From Amoeboaphelidium protococcarum X5 (taxonomy: Eukaryota; Fungi; Aphelidiomycota), in NCBI GenBank assembly GCA_023515725.1, contig JALDTO010000146.1, positions 248,001 through 312,000 of the forward strand: a stretch of 64,000 nucleotides of DNA, read 5' to 3'. Position numbers and translations under genes: made by a program. Below are positions 56,881-64,000 of this stretch, piece after piece; within the stretch, counting starts at the first letter, position 1; each line of letters starts with the position of its first letter. The notes under the pieces were generated by a model. It saw nothing but the letters and a program-made list of their open reading frames with translations, did not search any database and was not told the origin of the DNA.

Positions 56881-58684
56881 ATGTAGAAGTTGATGACTGC
56901 ATCTTCAACTAGATTCGCTCGTACTAGGTAAGTTTTCTTGTGCTCTCTCTCTAATATGCTAATTATTGATTAATTAATTGTAGTTGGCGATAAACTTTAA
57001 ATACCTAAAGGTGGGTAAAAAGTGGTTCTTAAACTGCGTCCATCTCTGAGAGTTAGTCCAATGTCTTAAATTTACGTATCAGCGATCTGAGATAGGACAC
57101 GGAAATTGATATTCCGTCTGATGGTTAGGTGATGCTTAGACAAGTGAGAGTTCATGCTGTGCGAGTGACTAAACGTAATTGCTTTATCATACTCCGCTAG
57201 GGTGGCGAGACACTATAAGCTATCGTGTCAATAGATTAAACTGGATCCACTGCTTCGCTCTATGAATAGTGCTTACAGTAAGTGTTGTATTAAATCATTA
57301 TTCGATTCACTGTCACTTACTAAATTGCACATTGTAGATTAAGAATAGAGTCAATTGTAAATGTTCGAGGTAGATTGGTTCCGCTGGGAAACTAATAGAG
57401 GATCAAAGCATGTACTGTACATGGATATGAATTACACGCGACATCAGTTGATATCGTCAGTGCTCCGACTGTTGATAAGTTGCCATTCAGTACTGCAGAT
57501 GCTAATATTGTCGATCGTATCCACTTGGACACTCGTCTAGATAATAGAGTACTAGATCTCAGGGTAAGAATATCAGGTGTATAATCCCTCTTTAATGTGC
57601 ATATGATTTATTAATGAATATAATTGATGTGTAGAGCAGTGTTAACTAAGCCATATTCTCTATTTAACATGGCGTGACTTAGGCGTTTAGATCGTTTATG
57701 CTGTAGAATGACTTTATTGAGATACATACACCTAAATTGATATCTGCAGCCAGCGAAGGTAGTGGCTCCAGTGTATTTAAAGTTGACTACTCTTTTGGCT
57801 AGTAATCTTAGAGTGATGAAGCACCCTAGTCTAATACATAATAGGATGGAGTGAATAATAGTGCTGCTACTTAGCAAAATACGTAAAATGCATTTTTAGC
57901 TCAGTCTCCATAGCTATACAAGTAGATGATGATCTGTGCTGATTATGAGCGCGTCTTTGAGATTGGACCAGTGTTCAGGGCTGAGAACTCTCATACTCAT
58001 AGACATTTGACTGAATTCACGGGACTGGATTTTGAGATGTAGTTGAGAGGTGATGATGCTGTGGATGAAGCTGTTCATATGATAGACCGTCTGTTTAGAT
58101 TTATTTTTACCGCGCTGGATGGTGAGTACAAGCAGTAAATAGACACGGTGCATCGGTCGTTCTAGAGTTAAGCCTTCTAATTATCTAAAGAGACTCCGAT
58201 ACTGGAGCACAGAGATGCTGTCTAGATGCTTCTAGATGCAGGTGTACACATGGACCCGATGGATGATTTTAGTACAGAGAATGAACGACAGCTTGGGCGT
58301 CTAGTGAAAGATTAGTTCTAAACTGACTTTTTCATGGTGAAGAAGTTCCCACTGGAAGTGAGGCCATTTTACACAATGCCGTATTAACACAGTGATGATA
58401 AACACCACCTTTACTCGCTGTCTTATGATGCATATATGAGAGGGGAAGAGATACTGTCTGGTGCATAGCGTATTCATGATTACCAGATGCTTGCTGATAG
58501 AGCTGAGAAGAAGCGTGTTGATGTGAACTAGATTCAGAGCTACATGGATGCTTTCCGCTACGGTGCGCCACCTCATGCAGGTGCTGGTATTGGCTTGGAG
58601 CGCGTGGTGATGCTCTATCTCGACTTGAAGAATGTCCGCCGCTCTTCACTCTTCCCGCGGGATCCCAAGCGTATTTCACCATGA
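56881..58684 (+). CDS. Aspartyl-tRNA synthetase, eukaryotic/archaeal type, with N-terminal presequence-like extension; introns 56928-56983, 57278-57337, 57564-57634
   Basis: [24 protein letters not shown](TAG)LYK(TAG)[34 protein letters not shown](TAG)[16 protein letters not shown] and LFPRDPKR. Confidence 0.93.
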
Positions 58685-58777
58685 TTGTACTAGCGACTAT
58701 TTTTGCTATACGAATAGACTTTTAGATTGAATAATGTTTGGCATATTTCAAAGATTTATATTTATAAAACAATTTAA

Positions 58778-60058
58778 TCAATTGATAAAAGGATTCTAGA
58801 GCAGTTTGCGCCGTAACAATATACTTAGAACAATTCCACATACTGAGATTGTCAAGTAGAAGATCAACATTGAATCGTACTGTCCGTTATACTGAGAAAC
58901 ACCAGATGGTACGCGCTTTGCTTTAGGAGCTATAGATATCAGCCATGCAATGAATATCGGCGTAGTAAAGAACGTAGCATTGAGCAGACACGAAGATACA
59001 CCATAAGCACTGGCCACTTTAGCTTCTCGCTGTGTTTTCGGATGAACCAGGATAGGCCTTGGAGATACAATATCTTTATCGCATAGATCCACTGTGTTTT
59101 CAATACTTGTCTTTATCAACTTGCTGCCGCTGCTGACACCATCATTATCCAGTAATAGAGGAGCAGCGGATGGCAATTCAGATGCTGATTAATCAATCAC
59201 AGCCGAGTCGGGAGATAACTTTGTGTATTTCGATGCATGATGAATAGTCTCTGCCATTAGGCTGTATATCACAGAGCCAAATGTAGCATATCCTGCGCCC
59301 AATATAATTAAAATGGTTCCTGGACCAACGTGGCTGATCTAGAACAGCAGATGAGCAATTGATATACAGACACCGCTGAATATCAGCTGGCTCACTTTGA
59401 CAACCTGGCGACCGCGGAGAGAGGACAGCTACTGCTCACCGAATATGAACGGTTTCTCTGCTAATTAAGCTATCATGGGCATTGATATCACAGACAGAGT
59501 ATCCGGAATACTGACAAGAGATGAAGCCTTAACATCACTGTTCTATGCGGATGAATCTTAATCTGAAAAGTACTTGGCATCGATAAATGCTGTGGCCATA
59601 GGAAGAAATGATATTGTAGCCGTGGAATAACAGATCAATATGAGAATAGTCATCCAATAAGTGGCTGGCAAATCTTCAATATCTCTGGGTAGTAGTGACC
59701 GGAATCGATTTGACATTAACCCCAGTACTCTACTTGTCCATGTCGACCGTCGATCAATAGTCGATGATAAAGACTCTTAAGAGGTGCTCACAATGTCAAC
59801 ATGGCTATGATTTTACACGACATTAGAGGAGTTGGTGACAATATTTAATAAATTTATCGCTTCCTTTGAAGATTAGCGACTCTGTTGGCGAGACTAAGTT
59901 CTCCTTCTATTCGTCTCCAGCATTGGACTTTCAACAAGATTGGGCACTCTATCCAAAAGGACGCTTTTATCGCTTCCTGGTAATTACTCAGCTATAGACT
60001 TGTTGGTCAAAATAGTTTTAGCATTTAGTTATTATTCTGATGCTAACGTTGCATCCAT
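58778..60058 (-). CDS. MFSD1-like transporter, only the C-terminal (6-TM) half recognisable
   Basis: DLPATYW..SSLVSIPD..GAGYATFGSVIY..SAYGVSS..LNATFF parallels the second half of the MFS gene at 39397. Preceded by a hydrophilic ~120-aa segment; upstream in-frame TGA at 60122-60124. Confidence 0.6.
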
Positions 60059-60070
60059 ATTAGAAGTAAT

Positions 60071-60098
60071 ATCGTTTATTTGGTACCAAATAAACGAT
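60071..60098. repeat. Perfect 28-bp palindrome
   Basis: atcgtttatttggt|accaaataaacgat. Confidence 0.9.
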
Positions 60099-60352
60099 CT
60101 TTAAATATCCCTTGAAAACGTTCAAACAGATCTTAAACACGCCTTGATATTCTTTCACTTGTGATTGTGCTCTGCTGTTCTCTATTGAATCTTCTTTAGA
60201 TGAGTCTTAGCAAGGGTTACAACTCTGAGCTCAAAAGGCTTTCAATTTTGGGCCTGCTCCTTTGATAAAGTTGAACCTTCAATGATTGGTCAGATTCTGT
60301 CGAATCAGAGAGGCTTGAGAAAATACAAATTTTCTTTTACACCAAAAAGACA

Positions 60353-62365
60353 ATGAATTCCCAACAACAACTTGATGAAGTAAATGCAGCAATAGCCGCA
60401 ATTCAACAAGAAATTAATGCAGCGAAGAAGAAGGTCGAGAAAGCGGAGGAGAGGCTGGAGAAGGCTATTGCAGAGGGCAAACCAGTGGATATTAGAGCAG
60501 ACCTCAAGTCTTTATTAGAAGCAGCCACTGCTGAGCTCACTCGCTTGGGCAAAGAGAAGGAAAAGCTGATGGAGCGCGAGACCCTGCTCTTACAACAAAC
60601 CGCCGCCAAAATTGAAATTAGATCCGGCCCGAAAATGTTCGCTCGATTTCCCTCGAAATCGCCTGCCACGACGGAAGTGCCACTCGATATTGGGCTCGAC
60701 TACGCCTTGATCAAATCATGGGCATTTGAAAAGTTTACCAACCGCACCAAGTCTGTTGATGATCTCTTTGTTTTTTACTCCACACGCAGTCATTTGAAAT
60801 GGAAGAAACTCCATGGTAGTGAGCAATTGAAGACACTTGTTGAAGATGGAGCGCCGATCAAGTTTTACTTCACATTTGTGGACGATGTCAAAGATGTTTC
60901 ATTCACCGAGCTGGACGTTACCGCTTCATCCGTGATCAAGCATCTTATGAGCTCATCTCAAGAGTTAGGAATGAGCGCGACAATCCCTGATCGACCGGCT
61001 ACTTATGATGACCTTTATTTGTGGTTGTGCGAGTTTATGACGAAGCCTCGTGTTTTGGCGTTGGACGAAATTCAAGTTTGCCCCAAATTCTTGAAATGGC
61101 TCATTGCCGCTTGGGATTATGTTACTACTTCTAATGTTCCGAAAAAGGCGTTATTGCTGATACTCGGAACTCCAGCACGTGGATCGAGCCAGGCACTTAC
61201 CATCGATCCTAATCAACGAAACAAGGTTTCCCATTTGATATTCGAACCCCTGGATGCACACGAGACTGTTCAATTGTTAAAGACCCGCTACCCGAATATT
61301 TCTCTGATGGATTTAATATTTTGTTGGTCTGTTTGTGGTGGCAACCCGCGCAATCTGAAGTCTGTTTGTACCTTTTGTTTCGATTCTTCTGGCAAACTCA
61401 GTGCTGAGAAAGTTTTGGAATGGTTGGATGCGTGCCGACGTGAAGTTACAGCATCGATTAATTCGAGAGAGCTCACTGTTTTGGAAAAACTTGCTCGGAC
61501 TCGTTCTGCAGGGGGGTCATACAGGATTGAGGATACGGAAATTTTTCATAATCTGATTCGCCGCGGATATTTGACACCAGTTTATGAGAATTTAACAGAG
61601 GACGGAAATGAGAGGATGATGGTCACAGATCCCCACATGCTTTCTGTTCTCACGTTACCCATAAACAGAAAGCGCGCTCATGATGAATTGTCAAACTTGG
61701 CAGGTTTGGGGATGGAGAGTTTTATCACATCGTTACTTGGTATCATGTCCAATATTCCTGGGTTTGAGTTTATGGGCATGCCAATGGAAGGTAAAATACC
61801 ACGCTCGCTGTATTTCATCTCCCACGATGTCGATTTTGTTCTGTACAACTGTTATCGTGGTGATGATTATCACACTCTTGTTGTTGGGAATTCAAAGCTT
61901 TCTTTTCGAGAGTGGTGTGAGTGTGATTTCGTCTCATTTTTTGACAAAAATGCTATGAATGTCATCGGGCCTATTCAACATGATATTCGAAAGATTGTTA
62001 TTGCTCATGTTCTTCCGAGCTGGGAGATGTATGATCATGGAAATAGGCATATTGATGCTTTCGCACAGAGTAAGCTTCGAAGCCAGTTTCAGCATATTCC
62101 TATTGAGCAGGTGTTGTGGGGTGTCGACAGGATGATTGATTCTCTGCCGGTTGGATTGAAGGTAATTAATAATGATCAGGGGTGGCCTATTGTGCAAAGG
62201 CCCAAGTTTGGGGAGAGAATAGTTCAATATAAGGATATGGGTGTTCTTGTGGTAGCAGGGCAGCCGGGAGTAGGGAAGTCATACTTCATGAGGGACATGC
62301 TCTTGGACATGAGTTTCTGTAAGAACCAGCCACGCAAATACATCAACTTGATGGTTGAGGATTAA
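60353..62365 (+). CDS. Coiled-coil + P-loop ATPase (archaeal-ATPase/STAND-like) + putative PD-(D/E)XK-fold protein; ends at 62374 if TAA is read as Gln
   Basis: 670 uninterrupted standard-code codons; Walker B RVLALDEIQ; WSVCGGNPRNL (GxP); HDVDFVL..VVGNSKL; C-terminal Walker A GQPGVGKS. Confidence 0.75.
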   Translation: MNSQQQLDEVNAAIAAIQQEINAAKKKVEKAEERLEKAIAEGKPVDIRADLKSLLEAATAELTRLGKEKEKLMERETLLLQQTAAKIEIRSGPKMFARFPSKSPATTEVPLDIGLDYALIKSWAFEKFTNRTKSVDDLFVFYSTRSHLKWKKLHGSEQLKTLVEDGAPIKFYFTFVDDVKDVSFTELDVTASSVIKHLMSSSQELGMSATIPDRPATYDDLYLWLCEFMTKPRVLALDEIQVCPKFLKWLIAAWDYVTTSNVPKKALLLILGTPARGSSQALTIDPNQRNKVSHLIFEPLDAHETVQLLKTRYPNISLMDLIFCWSVCGGNPRNLKSVCTFCFDSSGKLSAEKVLEWLDACRREVTASINSRELTVLEKLARTRSAGGSYRIEDTEIFHNLIRRGYLTPVYENLTEDGNERMMVTDPHMLSVLTLPINRKRAHDELSNLAGLGMESFITSLLGIMSNIPGFEFMGMPMEGKIPRSLYFISHDVDFVLYNCYRGDDYHTLVVGNSKLSFREWCECDFVSFFDKNAMNVIGPIQHDIRKIVIAHVLPSWEMYDHGNRHIDAFAQSKLRSQFQHIPIEQVLWGVDRMIDSLPVGLKVINNDQGWPIVQRPKFGERIVQYKDMGVLVVAGQPGVGKSYFMRDMLLDMSFCKNQPRKYINLMVED

Positions 62366-63379
62366 TCACTTTGATAACTTTGACATACTATGTCTAAATA
62401 GATTTGCATTTATGTAGCAGCAAAAGGGTGATCAGATGGTGTAGACCGTGGTATGGCAGGCGCGTAGTGTCAAAATGATGTATATGACTTAAGGTATCAA
62501 TAGTAAGATAATATTCAACGTCTGTTTCAACAGCCTGCAGTTGTTTATTTATTTTTTACATCTAAACATGAAGCAGGAATGGACCAGACAAATGTGTAAT
62601 TCTGATTGCCAAATAATTAAATAAAAACTCTACTTCTATAATAGACGTATAAGTAATCGTTCAGTTTTATATTCTCCCTGGTAATGTCAATAAGGTAAGT
62701 TCAAGTTCGTGAAGTGTAAGAACGGTTGGCACTTCATCCGGAACAGTTAATTTTTGAGAACGACTCCGGAAGAGCTGACGTCTTTCAATATAAGCTGGTC
62801 TTGTGATTACTGTATATCTGTTATAATCATCATCATATTAATTATACTTACTCTACTACCACCTTCAACAATAATGTCGACTGACTAAAATTAGATCATA
62901 ATCCAACCGATTCAGCCAATCTATTTATAAGACACGTCATTACAGTGCATCAAATATAAATTTACTCTTCTCCTTGTTAATAATCTTGTACTTGGCTTAT
63001 TTTTTCACTTTCAACGTCCTGTGATAATTGCGAACCAAGAGGAGTGAGCAACGCGAACGGAACGGAGTTCGCTATTAAGCCAGTCGGTTTCAATGCATTT
63101 CCTCTTTGGGCGATTCGTTTCAAATCCTAGGTTGAGAGTTTCCGGAAATTCTGTTCGTCATCAAAAAAAAATCTTTTTCCTCAGACGTTCATACTATTTG
63201 AAAATGTGCATTCCTGGCTAATTTGACGCGTAGATTACAATTCTGTTTTCAGATTTTAAATAGCTTCATTAGTTTGGCCACAAAGCGGATTCACTTTTCT
63301 CACGAAGTTTCTTACTGTTTCACACTGATTGAGCTCTACGCGTCATTCTCTTTTGCACTCTGAAACAACAAGGAGAATT

Positions 63380-63890
63380 ATGGATGATTAAGGCTTAAAT
63401 ACCATCACACGTCATTATAAGTGAACGAGTAAACTGAATGCTATTTATGGTCCCTCTCCTCAGTCGGCTAGGGAACATCAAGGACGCGTTTTAGTTTAAT
63501 TAATTTAAGAAGAGATAATCGATCAGTAACAAAAACTGTATATGAATATCGTGAATGATTAACAATCAATCCAGAAGAGGAGCTTGATTCTGTTAGGGAG
63601 TTTTGAAAAGCAGGTAGTTTTCAAACTTTGTTGGATAGCTGGTACAGACTTTCTTTGAATATCCTGGTAATAACTTCGCAATTATTAAGTTATGTGATCA
63701 TAAAGTATTTGGAACAGCGCTTTGCAATAGAAAACTGCCTCTAAATACCGTAGGCAAATGGCAAAGTATAATGTAAGCATCAGTAATCTATGTGGCTATG
63801 AATTCAAAAGTTGGTTTGGGTTTAACGGCAGCTTTTAAATGTGTTAGTTGTCATGAGTATGAGAAGTTGAGACGCGTTTATAGATTTTGA
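63380..63890 (+). pseudogene. Possible decayed ORF with in-frame TGA at 63422
   Basis: About 170 codons are open under TAR=Gln apart from one TGA. No recognisable family. Confidence 0.25.
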
Positions 63891-64000
63891 GCGGGCAACT
63901 TTATAAGCAATCATATTTTGACTAAAAGCTCCTGTCAATGGTTGTTGATTCAAGACTTCGGTGGATCAACACTATATACAGGTCATCATTTTTTATCGCC

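Noticed and set aside
60300-62420. Terminal inverted repeats or target-site duplication around the foreign ORF
   Set aside because: None identifiable by eye, so it is not annotated as a mobile element.
62400-62940. Possible missing N-terminal half of the MFS gene on the minus strand
   Set aside because: Frames contain TGAs and no TM pattern or MFSD1 motifs.

Overview
Gene-dense eukaryotic (fungus-related) genomic DNA that uses a non-standard nuclear code: TAA and TAG encode Gln and TGA is the only stop. The supplied standard-code ORF track therefore fragments almost every gene. Read with TAR=Gln, the window holds about 32 compact genes with few short introns (50-82 nt). They are a kexin, ATM1, a Nup82/88-like protein, CCT3, RPA2, mitochondrial uS7/bL31, RPL34, NDUFS3, secreted M28 and M36 proteases, NUS1, a GT8-GT34 fusion, a phosphorylase kinase alpha/beta subunit with an inserted ILEI/GG domain, F-BAR-PH, a lipase, a chlorophyllase-like hydrolase, an Rrn5-like protein, F-box/WD40, two MFSD1-like transporters, a MARK kinase, two GPI-type tyrosinases, a LIM protein, a Trf4-like polymerase, a CD2AP-like SH3 adaptor, RTF1 and AspRS. 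TAR=Gln plus fungal gene families best fits an aphelid such as Amoeboaphelidium protococcarum, an algal parasite (inference). Notable oddities: (1) all 12 well-supported introns end in TGTAG; (2) a 670-codon ATPase/nuclease-like ORF (60353-62365) has no TAR-Gln codons and carries its only Walker A at the extreme C-terminus, suggesting a recently acquired, standard-code-derived element; (3) a secreted chlorophyllase-like enzyme sits next to a secreted lipase; (4) a decayed ~173-nt tandem repeat retains a coding signature. All coordinates and translations were derived by hand and no database searches were run.
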